The notes beneath the pieces are model-generated. The model made no database searches, was not told where the DNA came from, and saw only the letters and a program-made list of their open reading frames with translations. From positions 1-64,000 of the forward strand of contig NW_021836317.1 of the NCBI RefSeq assembly GCF_006345805.1: a stretch of DNA of 64,000 nucleotides, written 5' to 3'. Positions 25,794-39,379 of the stretch are shown here, one piece after another (the stretch's first letter is position 1; every line of letters starts with the position of its first letter). A program made the position numbers and the translations under genes. This stretch comes from Octopus sinensis. Taxonomy: Eukaryota.

Positions 25794-26194
25794 AGGAGTG
25801 GCTGTGTGGTAAGTAGCTTGTTTACAAACCACATGGTCACGGGTTCAGTCCCACTGCGTGGCACCTTGGGCAAGTGTCTTCTACTATAGCCTCGGGCCGA
25901 CCAAAGCCTTGTGAGTGGATTTGATAGACGGAAACTGAAAGAAGCCTGTCGTATATATGTATATATATGTATATGTGTGTGTGCGTGTGTGTTTGTGTGT
26001 CTGTGTTTGTCGCCCTAGCATTGCTTGACAACCGATGCTGGTGTGATTACGTCCTCGTCACTTAGCGGTTTGGCAAAAGAGACCGATAGAATAAGTACTG
26101 GGCTTACAAAGAATAAGCCCCGGGGTCGAGTTGCTCGACTAAAGGCGGTGCTCCAGCATGGCCACAGTCAAAGGAATGAAACAAGTAAAAGAGT
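25794..26194 (+). mobile_element. SINE family B, full length
   Basis: aggagtggctgtgtggtaag A-box region, gggttcagtccc B-box, internal (TA)/(TG) tract, tail ending gtaaaagagtaaa. Confidence 0.9.
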
Positions 26195-26210
26195 AAATAT
26201 ATATATATAT

Positions 26211-26851
26211 GACACCATTGCTCATATCACAAGGCAATGCCCTACACTTGTATAACATCGCTGCAAGTTCTGAAGACATGGTTAGGTAGCGAAAGTGCTA
26301 CATTTGAAACTGTGCGAAAAGTGGGGCTTAATGAGAGGCAAATCGTAGTGTGAGGACAAACCACAGAAAGTGGCAGAGTTGGATACTAACAAAATCCTCT
26401 GGGATTTTCCAATCCAAACAGATCAGGTGCTAGAACATAACAGATCGAACCTAGTGGTGGTGGACAAAGTGCAGCGCATATTCTATATAGTTGGGGCTGA
26501 ATACCCCTTTGAGTCACGTATAGTCAAGCAGGAAGGCGAAAAAATAGACAAGTACAACTTTCTTAAGTATGAAATACAACGGGTATAGAAAATAAAGATG
26601 GGTATATAGTGCCTATTAGTGTTGTGTCCTTGGAAACACAATCAGAAGTGATCAAGAGGAATATCAAAGTAATTGGTATAGCCTTCACAGTAGAACTGCT
26701 ACAAAAGGTTTGACTTCTTGGCACGTTCAGAATAATCAGGCAAGTATTGGATAGCTGTAAAGAATGCATAGCATGGCGCCGCAGGCTGCATGTAGCAAGC
26801 ACGCTAAGCATGCAAAACTACAGGCGCTCTAACATGACTTGTGACAAAAGA

Positions 26852-26923
<72 letters not shown>
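26211..26923 (+). pseudogene. R4/Dong-like non-LTR retrotransposon 3' end (zinc knuckle plus restriction-like endonuclease) with (AAT)24 tail
   Basis: DTIAHITRQCPTL, LHLKLCEKWGL, KILWDFPIQTDQVLEHNRSNLVVVDK, EKIDKY, VELLQKV*LLGTFRIIRQVLD; the PD motif is mutated to SN; frameshifts and stops present. Confidence 0.85.
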
Positions 26924-26925
<2 letters not shown>

Positions 26926-27316
26926 TAGTCTCTGGGGGAGACTTCGAGCGAACTTGTACAAATATAAAGCAAAAGTCAAACATAGAATAATAATAATAAT
27001 AATAAATTAAAAAGATAGTGTCCAGTGGAACTGCTTATATACTACGCAAAATACTTTCTATGTAATCTCAAGTTTTAAAACAAACATAATTTTCGTATGG
27101 TTCTTTAGTCATTCACTAGTACAACACTAAATACAAAACCAAATATACGGCACCCTAGACATAACACCAACATGAACTTCCAACTTATTGTCTCTTGAGG
27201 TCTCTGGGTGAGACTTGGAGCCAGCTTGTGCAAATGTAAAGCAAAAGTCAAACATAGAATAATAACAACAACAACAACAACAACAACAACAATAATAACA
27301 ATAATAATAATAATAA
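26924..27316 (+). mobile_element. Two further retroelement 3' tails each followed by (AAT)/(AAC)n
   Basis: gtctctggg(g/t)gagactt...aaagcaaaagtcaaacatag at 26927-26984 and 27200-27257, each running into aataat. Confidence 0.6.
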
Positions 27317-27859
27317 AGATATGTAAGAGGTGACCTTTACATTTTTCTGTTTTACTTTAATATTCTCAAATAATATTTACCTTTCTTCTTCTTAATTAAT
27401 TAAAATTAACACGCAGGTACTATTGGTGTTGTAAGAATTTCCGTCAGAAATATACGTGCATGCAGTTTACAAATTTGTAGATTATGCACGCCTGGTGTGC
27501 TCAATAATGTAAGAGCAACGACCAAAATAATCTGTAGACAGTTTGTATATTTACGGATTTTCGAAAAGTATATTTCCAGAAACACATTCAAATGTACTCC
27601 AGACATTTCTTTCTTTGCCTGCTCACCTAATTTCGTGTTATAATCCATATTCAATATTTATATAATTAAAGAATTGAACAAATACATTTCAAACAAAATT
27701 ACGTAAGTTACACAATTAAAAAAAAAGCTGACCAATTTCGCTTTGGATTGATTCGTATCTGTCTCTCAATCTCTCCTTTGCAGCGTCTCCCTCTCTGTTT
27801 TAACGCTCATCTTTATCAGACTATATCTATTAATATGTATGAATATGTATACATACATA

Positions 27860-27913
<54 letters not shown>

Positions 27914-28374
27914 TATGCACACACACATACTCGCAAATATAAATAATTATCTCTCAACTAACAACATGGTGATTTTTTCCTTTTAACAAAAATTTCATTA
28001 ATTTTATATATTCCGATCAGAAAATCATACCTACATAAATACATACATACGTACATGTATGTATATATTTACGTACATATATATATATATATATATACAT
28101 ATGTATTTATATATATATGTATGTATATATATATATATTAATATTATATATATATATATATATATACATGAAATCCCCCCTTGTTATTTAAATCAGTTAT
28201 TTGTATACTGAAATAGAGTTAAAATAACGTTCCGCTTTCGTTTCATTTTAAACCAATTTTTGTCAATATAAAACATTTAAACAAAACTGATAAAATCAAT
28301 GTTTATACACACATGCATATATATATAACATATATATATGTATATCTGAATGTATTTGTGTAAATATATATATG

Positions 28375-28405
<31 letters not shown>

Positions 28406-28800
28406 TATATAATATATATATATTATATATAATATATATATATATATTATATATATATATATATGTATATATATGTTTTTAGCATTTGTGCGTGGAATGT
28501 GTTTTTTCTGTTTTACTCTGTGTTTATATAGGTTGTGCGACGTGTGAATTGGTGAGAAAACTTGGATTACATTTAATTGGAGAATGACTTGCTATTTTCC
28601 AAATTAATTCCTGGCTTATTTACATATGTCCGCGCACTGACTCGTATGTGTATATGTAAATACATTAATAAAGTCGTTTACTTGTGCGTGTGTTTACATA
28701 TGCGAGTAAATATATGTGCATATGCATATAATTACATATAATGGTATATGTATAACCGAGAGTTTACGCGTTCACTTATGACTATATATATATATCTGTG

Positions 28801-28848
<48 letters not shown>

Positions 28849-28975
28849 AAGGTATATATATGCCTGTATGATGACATCTGCATTATAAAGATACACATAT
28901 ATTTATGTATGTATGAATATATATTATATATGTATTTATATGCATATATATATATATATATTTGTATATATATAT

Positions 28976-29017
<42 letters not shown>

Positions 29018-30149
29018 GTATATACACACACACACATATATATTTACACAAATTCATTTATACACAGGTAGCTATATGTATATATGCGCCATGCGTACAA
29101 GCACACACTCACTGGCACACATAAATATTTACACACAGACGCATATATATTCATACATGCATATATATATATATATATACATATATACATACATATATAA
29201 ACTATATATATATATATATGTATTATATATATATATATATATTGAATTTGTGGATGACATGTTTATATAGAGTCATGTTATATTCTATTTCCGTTTTTGT
29301 TCATCAGTAAGATATATCATCATCACGTTTAAACAGCGGGAATACAAACGGTTCGGTAGAAATAAACGACACGTAAATGTGTTTGTTTAATGATGCTTGT
29401 TGCAAATAGAATTCCAATTAAATATATAAATTCTATCAAAAAAACAAGTTTTATATAAAGAAGAAAATCAGTTATATTAACGGTAATCAGTTTCTAGGCG
29501 AGTTTATAATTACCTATATGTATGCTATTCACCGAATTTTAAAGTGAAATTATATTTTGGAATTTAAATGTAGCTTCCATTTTGTTTTTGAATCGAAGGA
29601 CCCTTTTTTATCAGTATCACTTGCGCATCGAATATTTGCCAAATGATCATGCTAATTAGTCAATGATTTTTGACAGAAGTGTTTCAAATAAACAAAATTA
29701 GATGTAGGATAAATTAGCAAACGGTTCGTGTACTATTGTAGTGTGTTTAATAGTTACGTGTATCCGGGTTCGCATTCACTTCGCGTCAAGTTAGGAAACC
29801 GTCGTCAATTGTTTTTCAACCTGGGCCATGTTATGTGAATGAAATTTTAAAGAGACCAAAAATAATTATGTTGAGTGTGCTTAGTTATACATGCATTCAG
29901 ACATATATTCACCAACTAACATACACGCACACACACATATTTATATATAACTGCGAGTGTGTGTATGTGAGTGCGTTCATATGTATAAATGTTTTCCAAA
30001 AGTGGAACTCGAAGCAGATATATCTACAAAAAGTAGTAAAAACTTCTTTGACTCTTTAAAAATGACTTTAATTTCGCAATTCTGGTGATTTATGTATGTG
30101 TGTGTACGTATGATTGTGTGTGTGTGCGCATGTCAGTGTGTCGTGTATC

Positions 30150-30262
30150 AATTACCCCCAAGACATCCGATGACGGTTGAAGGGCATACCAGCCGAAAGG
30201 TTGTGTTAACAACAAACAAGATGAGGAGAAATATCCGTCGAATGTAAATAATGTAAATAATA
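30150..30262 (+). mobile_element. Penelope-like tail with mutated hammerhead-like core
   Basis: acat ccgatga c ggttg aagggcatac cagcc gaaag gtt gtgt followed by aatgtaaataatgtaaataat. Confidence 0.5.
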
Positions 30263-30342
30263 TACAGGGATCGATTTAATTGACTTAGACAAATAATGCT
30301 GGCCTCGTGTCAACGTTTGAAACCAATAGTAAATTTATCGAT

Positions 30343-30560
30343 AAAGGCGGTGAACTAGAAGAGTCGGTAACGCGCCGATCAGAATGTTCAGCCGTATTTC
30401 GTTAGTCATTTCGCTCTGGGTTTAAATTCCACCAAATCGACTTTGGCTTTTCATTGTTTCGGGATCGATAAAATAATTACCATTGAAGTAACTGGATTGA
30501 TGTAATTGATTTACCGTTTCCTTCGAAGTTACTGGTCCTGTTCCAAACTTCAAAACCCAT
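30343..30560 (+). mobile_element. SINE family A, diverged
   Basis: aaggcggtgaactag head, ttcaaattcc-like box, ctttcattgtttcgggatcgataaaa body. Confidence 0.7.
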
Positions 30561-30840
30561 AATACACACATGGACGAAAAATAAACGTTTTTAATGTTAA
30601 ATTCTGGTCAAGGGAGAACGGGCACATCACTGCCATTATGTAATAAATGAAAATTTATGAAAAATATGTAGTAGACACTTCAATGGTGGTATTGCAACGG
30701 TTTGGTGATGCTGTAGTTTTGGACTGTACCAGTTTAGTGAGATACAGGTGTTTTAGGAAAAATACGAACATTAAAAGTTATGCGTGTGACCGTATGTATG
30801 TTGACACATACAAACACACACACACATTCATACACGCACA

Positions 30841-31330
30841 CACTCACCATACACATATCTATATATACACGTATCTATATATACACTCACCATACACATA
30901 TCTATATATACATATATCTATATATACACTCACCATACCCATATCTATATATACACGTATCTTTATATACACTTACCATACACATATCTATATATACTCA
31001 TGTCTATATATACACTCACCATACACATAACTATAACACTTACCATACACATATCTCTATATATGCATATCTATATATACACTCACCATACCCATATCAA
31101 TATATACACGTATCTATATATACACTTACCATACACATATCTATATATACACTCACCATACACATACCTATATATACACTCACCATACACATATCTCTCT
31201 ATATGCATATCTATATATACACTCACCATACACATATCTATATATACACGTATCAATATATACACTCACCATACACATATCTATATATACCCGTATCTAT
31301 ATATACACTCACCATACCCATATCTATACA
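30841..31330. repeat. Minisatellite, mostly 43-bp period, 13 copies of cactYaccatac
   Basis: Anchor motif at 30841, 30884, 30927, 30970, 31013, 31037, 31080, 31123, 31150, 31177, 31220, 31263, 31306. Confidence 0.9.
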
Positions 31331-31563
31331 TACATAATTACATACGTATCTGGGTTGTTATAGTCGTGGTTTTTCAACTAGGAAACGAGTTCAAAAATGG
31401 AATATATACTTTTTATGAAGGTACTGAAACTGGAAGGTGACGCTTTTGTCGAGATATTTGTGATTTGACACTCAGGAAATGTTTCCCTGGAGTGCCAAAC
31501 CAGGAATCTATCGGCTCTTATGTCACTCTCTAACTTCTCTCTATTAATATACATGTGAGTATT

Positions 31564-31594
<31 letters not shown>

Positions 31595-32091
31595 TTCTAA
31601 GTGTGTATAATTTATGTATGTCTGTGCGTTTTACAATAATTTATACAGATACATGAACGTACACATACACACAAATGCAAACGAACACACACATGCCCGG
31701 ACACAAATGCATGCACACGCACACACAGACACACACACAGACACGCACCTTGTACACTCAATAAAGAGGTTAATATTAAGGAGAGCTTCTACAAGTTAGA
31801 ACGCTTCCGGAGTGGAACGTGGTCCGGTCAAACAGCTTGCAGAAAAGTACCTTTAAATATGTAGCTTTTCTAGCTGTCTCTACCCATCTACCCCAAACGA
31901 GGGTCATGGAAAGGTTTGTAAAATGTTGTTGCTGTTGTTGTTGTTGTTGTTGATTATGATGATGATGATGATGATGATGACGACGATGATGTATAAAAGC
32001 TTAAAATGATGTCCGTCGCAACTAAGTCATTACTTTCAAAATCAAGTGATTCTTTCACTAGATGTTTGGTGATATTGTTGTTTTCCTTTAA

Positions 32092-32800
32092 ATAATAATA
32101 ATAATAAAGAAATTATTGTATACAGTGCTCAGGTGCAGCACAACTTGTCAGAAAGTGCATATAAAGTACATGCAGTAATGTAGAAATGTCTGGAAAGTGA
32201 ACAGTGTATGAGTCAGATACATGCTTGTGTGTGTATGGAGAGGAGAAAATCAAGTGTAGTGTTGGCGAATCTCAGGAAGCATGGAGGTTTTGAAGGATGC
32301 AGTGCTCCGACAACTAACAACCGATGCCGGCAGTTTGTTCCATGCTTCAGCACATCTCAGCGTGAAAAAGTGTTTCCTGAAGTCATGGGAGCTGTACTGT
32401 TTTCTTACTTTGTAAATATGTCCACGGGTTTTAGATGGGTGGAGTTTGAAGAGGTGCTCAGAGTTATCGTTTGTGCGATGGTTGATAATTTTATGGGTGT
32501 CTGCCAAGTCAGCTGCCAGACGTCGGAGCTTCAATGTGTCCATGCCCAGGGAAGCAAGGCGTTCAGGATATGGCAAATACCTGATGGAGGGTATTCTTTT
32601 GGTTGCACGTCGCTGAACAGCTTCCAGACGATTGATGTCCTAGGCAAGATAGGGGTTCCGATTGATTGATGTCCTGGGCCAGATAGGGGTTCCGATTGAT
32701 GTCCTGGGCAAGATAGGGGTTCCGATTGATGTCCTGGGAAAGATAGGGGTTCCGATTGATATCCTGGGCAAGATAGATTGATGTCCTGGTTAAGATATTG
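32092..32800 (-). pseudogene. CR1-type LINE 3' end, 5'-truncated
   Basis: LEAVQRRATKRI, YPERLASLGMDTLKLRRLAADL, TRGHIYK, RKHFFTLRCAEAWNKLPASVV...FK; (ATT)n tail at 32092-32107; 30-bp tandem repeats at 32631-32797. Confidence 0.9.
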
Positions 32801-32959
32801 CTTAACTTATCGCACAGCTTCATCGGGTTAGTGTACGATGGGAAACCCTACTCTCACATGTGGCTTTTGCTGCCTGTACTTCTATGCATCTAAGGCTGCA
32901 CACTATGAATGCATTCTCTTCTTTGAAAAGTCAAAACATGAATATTGAGGGAGATACGT

Positions 32960-33340
32960 GCGTCAATATTTTGAAAAATTTGCGTAGCATTCTAAGCATG
33001 CATCACGAAGCTTTTGACAAAGTTTGATGCAGATTCGTCGCTCAAGTTTCTTTGTTATGGCGAATGGGATGACCACACACTACACACCTTCCTTCCAAGC
33101 ACCGCTGTAAACAGTGGAATTGAGCTACAACGTTGAAACTTAGGGTACATGTACAGCGGATGCCGTGGTAGATCTGTGTCACGCAGCGGTTCTCTGGGTG
33201 TCTTAGCTTTGTTTCTATGGCAAGCTAAATCACGTTCGACGATAGCTTCAAACTATATAGATATCACAGACCTGATATCTGACTTAAATAAGTATACTTA
33301 CAGATATTCGTGGAAAGTCTGCATGTTTAACCAAATTAAT
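32960..33340. mobile_element. Possible mariner-like DNA transposon remnant
   Basis: aagtttgatgcagattcgtcgctc...gaccacacactacac resembles non-coding mariner sequence as I recall it; no transposase frame seen. Confidence 0.3.
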
Positions 33341-33894
33341 TCCACAACAGAAGTATTCCTTCAGCAAAACGTCTACGAATTAATTGAGCATGATGTCAAA
33401 TAAAAATGTCAAAGTACATTTAATGTTTGGAAAGTTGAAGAAGTGAGAAATTTAATTGGTAAAAATTCATGAACATACAGGTTAAAAATGTTTGTATATA
33501 ACTCGAATGGTACATGTATAGAAAATACCACTATCAACACACACATACAAACACACATACACACATAAACACGCACGCACACATAAACTCACGCATAAGC
33601 AAAAAGTCGTAAGCATATACGTGTGTATATACATGTATATGTACATGTGTATGTATACATTTATATCTCCATCCATCCATCCATGCATACATGTACACAT
33701 ATATATGTAGACAGAGAGAGGGGGAGAGGAAGAGGAAGAGAGGAAGGGAAAGAAAGGGAGGGAGAAACACAGAGACATATATAGATAGATAAATGCATAA
33801 ATATGTATGTTTGTATGTGTATTTGTGTTTGTTTATATATCTATATGTATGTATATATATATCCATGCATACATATATTTGTATATATATATGT

Positions 33895-33939
<45 letters not shown>

Positions 33940-33955
33940 TATACATACATATATG

Positions 33956-33988
<33 letters not shown>

Positions 33989-34048
33989 ATGCATATACAT
34001 AGATAGATAGATAGATATATATATATATAGATGGATAGATATATATAT

Positions 34049-34079
<31 letters not shown>

Positions 34080-34945
34080 TGTGTGTGAATGTGTGTCTCT
34101 GTGTGTGTAAATGTAAGTATGGGTACGAATGCACACGTTTAGGAGTGTTGCTTCTGTTAACTAAATTAAACAAATATGGTAACAGCGGAGAAACTTTGTA
34201 GAGGGAAGTATTTTTGCGAAGTTGGATATTATAGTAAGGCAAGGAAAGAATGACTTAGCTAATACAAGAGACAACGACGCCAACAGCCACATGAAGACGA
34301 TGGTCACGAAGATATATGACGTATATTTGTCCCATGTCACAAGTACAGATATATCAATTCTACACGTTTGAAGCCTAATTTATTTTGTGAATATATTTGA
34401 AATTCCCATAGTTATTGAAACTAGCTTCAAATAAGATGTAACCTCGGAACTTGTGTTTTCGAAACATTGTTACATGTTTTGTAGAAAGACGAGACGCATC
34501 AGCGAAATTTATTTCTTAAAAAATTGTAACCTATTAAAATGGCGGAAGAAAAGTTTTAGTTATGTAATCGTAGACGTATAATTCGTGGGAAAGTGTGTGA
34601 CGTGTTCACATCTAGGATCAGTAAAAAGGCTTACGCTAGCAACAGACATTAGGTGTTCAGGCACAACAGTAGTTTGTAATCATCTCGCGTCATTGTACAG
34701 TGAAAATGCATTTGTGTATATATAGAGAGAGAGAGAGGAAGAAAGGGAGAGAGAGGGAGAGAGAGCGGGGGAGAGAGAGGGAGAGAGATAATTAGATATA
34801 ATCATAATTATATCTAAATTATATTTTACCTGTATGGTTTTAATTACTTGCTGGCCACTGATAAGATCAGTAATTGATTTAATTCATACTTATATATGCT
34901 TATATATATTCACATACATACATGCATACATATACATATATATAC

Positions 34946-35003
<58 letters not shown>

Positions 35004-35132
35004 ACATATAATACTAGATATTTATACATATTTATATATATATTATATATATATATATAATATACATTTTATATATATATATATATATTATATATATAAT
35101 ACATATATATATATGTATACATGTATGTATAT

Positions 35133-35187
<55 letters not shown>

Positions 35188-35188
35188 C

Positions 35189-35222
<34 letters not shown>

Positions 35223-36440
35223 AAATGTATATATATATATATATATACATATATATATGTATGTATGTAAAGTTGTCAGATAGACTCGTTCTTTTGCTTC
35301 AAATGTTGTTTTAATTAATACGAAAATTGATTTTATCGTAAATTTTAAAATTTTGATGTTCCTTTTACGTTTAACTTTAATTTTCTACCACGGATATTGT
35401 TTACCGTTTTTATAATTCGAACAAATTGTATCCTTTCTCAGACAAAAAGAATATGAAGTGTCATTTCGAAAAAAAATTAGCATACTTCTGTTCCTTTTCC
35501 GAAAAGGTTGCAATGCTATCAAAACCATTTGAGATGATTATGCTATATTCTGGGAAAGCGCTATTACTGAAAAATCTGTTCCGAATTTTTTGCCAGAGAA
35601 TTAAATATCGACTTCACTGTTTTCGGGATAATGTGCTCAGTTCAATGAGGGTCAATTAAGCAAGCTCATGCAAGTGGATCTATGTCAGTCTAGTAGGAAA
35701 TTGGCCCAGCAGATGAAATGCATGGATTGATTCTGTTGGGTAACAACTTCATTCGATACGTAAGGTCCAAGTCGTCGGGGAATGATGTTAGACGCTTGGA
35801 ACGAATTGCTTCTGTATTGCCTCCACATTGCTCAACTGACAACAGGCAACTCTAGGCATGAACTGTAATGTCTTTCCTGCATCGTTATTGGAGATGAACA
35901 AGGGAGATTTTACACCAGTATGAAACAAGGGAGCAACACATCGAGCGAAGCCAGAGTTGCATCTGCTTAAGATATACCTAAGCGACAGAGAATATTAATA
36001 CCGAGAGGTAATATTTATCCTTACTTAAACATGAATCTGATAATAGCTTTTGGTACAAAATGCACGCTTCTATATATCGCCAGCAGGGAGGTAAAACCTC
36101 GCCATCTTCAGCACCGAGACCACAGAACAAGTGATTTCGATCTTCCTTGGTCTTGCCAATAGTGGACGCTCAACCGCTAAAAATAACAGCGATTCATTTC
36201 TTCGTCAGCGATATATGGAATAACAGTGCCAGAACAGGCACTGGTGTTAATTTTAGCCAGTGAAATTGATAAAGAAATGTACATTAGCGACGGAGGCAAT
36301 ATTAATACACAGAGGTGTGGCGGCACGATGTGTTGTTGAACAAAACACTCCTTTTTCTTGTTAATTTAATTCACTGAATTGCAAACTGGCAACGCTGAAA
36401 CAGATTGGCCTTTCGTTAAAGGTTAATGTTGGCCTGCGCA

Positions 36441-37210
36441 AAGGCGGCGAGCTGGGAGAATCGTTAGCACGCCGGGCAAAATGCTTAGCCGTATTTCGTC
36501 TGCCGTTACGTTCTGAGTTCAAATTCCACCGAGGTCGACTTTGCCTTTCATCCTTTCGGGGTCAATATATTAAGTACCAGTTAAGCACTGGAGCCGATAT
36601 AATCGACTTAATCCGTTTCTCTGTCCGTGTTTGTCCCCTCTGTGTTTAGCCCCTTGTGGGTAGTAAAGAAATAGGTATTTCGTCTGTCGTTACGTTGTGA
36701 GTTCAAATTCCGCCGAGGTCGACTTTGCCTTTCATCCATTCGGGGTCAATATATTAAGTACCAGTTACGCACTGGAGCCGATATAATCGACTTAATCCGT
36801 TCGTCTGTCCTTGTTTGTCCCCTCTGTGTTTAGCCTCTTGTGGGTAGTAAAGAAATAGGTATTTCGTCTGTCGTTATGTGCAGAGTTCAAATTCCGCCGA
36901 GGTCGACTTTGCCTTTCATCCTTTCGGGGTCAATATATAAAGTACCATTTATGAAATGAGGTAGATATAATCGACTTAATCCGTTTGTCTGCCCGTGTTT
37001 GTGCCCTCTGTGTTTAGCCTCTTGTGGGTAGTAAAGAAATAGGTATTTCGTCTGTCGTTACGTTCTGAGTTCAAATTCCGCCGAGGTCGACTTTGCCTTT
37101 CATCCTTTCGGGTTCGATAAAGTACCAGTTATGAACTGAGGTCGATGTAATCGACTTAATCCGTTTGTCCCCTCTTTGTTTAGCCCCTTGTGGGTAGTAA
37201 AGAAATAGGT
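36441..37210 (+). mobile_element. SINE family A tetramer (one head plus four 184-186-bp units)
   Basis: Units start gtatttcgtctg at about 36490, 36674, 36858, 37044; each has gagttcaaattcc. Confidence 0.92.
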
Positions 37211-37854
37211 AATAGCCCGCGCACCTCGCCATTTTGGTGATGTAACTCAAACACTACAGCAATGCCAAAAATCTCAGTGTGACCAACGGTGTAATACAGA
37301 ACCTGTGTGTCTGGTCAAGACAGTTAGGTACGAGTGTGTGTACCTGTGTATGTGTATGCGTGCCTGTGTTTGTGTATGTGTATATATGTATTTGTATAAG
37401 GATATGCACATATGATACACACACGTAGAAATGTACACACTTATATACACAGACAGAATGGCTTCATCTTTCATTTGAAGCCACAGAAATATGCAGACAC
37501 ACAGACGTGGCTTGACAGGAGAGGACAGACCAGGATAGATTGTCTCCCATTACTGGCGCACATATCATTAGAGGAGAGTTGCCAATACATATTTCAAAAC
37601 TGATGATTCCATCGAGTGTAATTATATATCAGCAATACAGAGACTAGACAATATATGATCGGAAGCAAGACATGGAAATGGTTTAATTGAAATATAATGT
37701 CAAAAATTGTTATTTAAGAGCGATATATTCAGTGTAACGTTAATCTGACTTCAGATTTCATACTTATAAATATTTGCCGGTTTAATGTTTTTACAAATTC
37801 ATGCACACATACAGCCAAACACGCGCGTACATATATACGTGTGCATATACCTAT

Positions 37855-38550
37855 AGCTATGTATGTGTGTATGTATGTATGTATGTATGTATGTATGTAT
37901 GTATGTATGTATGTATGTATGAATGTATGTGTGTATGTATGTATGTATGTATGTATGTATGTATGTATGTATGTATGAATGTATGAATGTATGTATGTAT
38001 GTATATATGTATATATGTATCAATCTACATATCTGTTTGTCTGCCTGTCTGTCCGTCTGCCAATTATCTATCTATGTGTCTGTCTGCTTGTCTGGCTCTT
38101 TCTTTTTCGCCCTATCTCTTGATCTATCTATCAATCTAAATTTATGCATGTATGTTTGAGTATTTGTACGTATATATGTATCTATACACGAAAGCATGTA
38201 TGTATGTATGTTAATGTCAGGTCACTTTCGAGTGTTACTGGTAACATGTGACCCAGTACAACCTGTTGCATGGTCGGGCCCTCGACGACTCTACCGGCAA
38301 CCCCACCAAGCTTGCTTGGTGAGAAGGGTGTTTATTGGACACCCTGCTGGATGTAAAAAAAAACCGTCAAAGGGCGGATGAACTCTTGAGAGTCAACGGC
38401 CATCCAATAAAAAATGTATGTATGTATGCGTGTATGTTTGTATGTATGTATGTATGCATGTATGTACCTACGTATGTATGTATGTATGTATGTATGATGT
38501 ATGTATGTATGTATGTATGTATGTATGTATGCATATGTGTGTATGTGTAG
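37855..38550. repeat. (TATG)n tracts with an inserted retroposon tail at about 38216-38415
   Basis: Long (tatg)n runs at 37855-38010 and 38415-38545; intervening GC-richer segment ends catccaataaaaaatgtatgtatg. Confidence 0.7.
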
Positions 38551-39379
38551 AGTTAAGTTTGCATCCAAACATATAGTCGACTGCTACAGTTAGGTTTAGC
38601 GCGTCAGGTATATATAGTCACAGTCCATTTTTCTCTCAGTACAGTGTTTAAGTAACTGCCTTATATTCCAGCTTTAGTAGTTATGAAATCCAGGGTAAAC
38701 CTACGAGAAATTACGAAAATCACAATTTCATATTATTAGTTTCTGCGTACATTCGCTCATTATGGTTTATTGAAACCAACCCTGCACTGGATATTCCGAG
38801 TGCATTTAGATGTTTAACAAGAACAGATAATTAGGGGGCACTTCATTGTATTAAGTTACTGGACATGCAATAAAGGTTTCGCTCATTATTCGTTCTGAGT
38901 AGGCATCCTGATGCACTTGGAATATCCCTCGCAGGGTTGTAAGTAAATGCATGTTCAGTTTTGTAGCTTCCGCGAAAATACCGGATCGGTATTGCCATAG
39001 CAACAAGTAGTATTGGGGGTACTGATTGCACATGCGTCCTTAGGGCTGAGAGGAATGTTGTTAATGTTTATATTTTTGCTGTGTGGACGCCCCCACACGA
39101 TATAAGTAGGCTAGCCCCATACGTAGATATAGAGGGAAAAGTCTAGACGTAGGGAGTTGAGTAGAGGTCATCCGAACGTGCGATATAACAGTGGTGACGA
39201 GGATTTTGTAGCTGACACAGCCACTGTGTAGTATTGCGATAAAACAATTTCCTAAGAAGGGCATAAATTGTAGCACCGCCGTCATACATCGAATCTCATG
39301 ATGTGTGAAGGTGATGTAACAATCTAGTCTGTAACGAAGTGAATGGCGAAAATTTGGGGGGTATATTTTTTTATATCTC

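Noticed and set aside
36490-37210. Regularly spaced repeats resembling a CRISPR-like array
   Set aside because: Whole 184-bp units are near-identical with no unique spacers, and they match SINE A; no cas genes.
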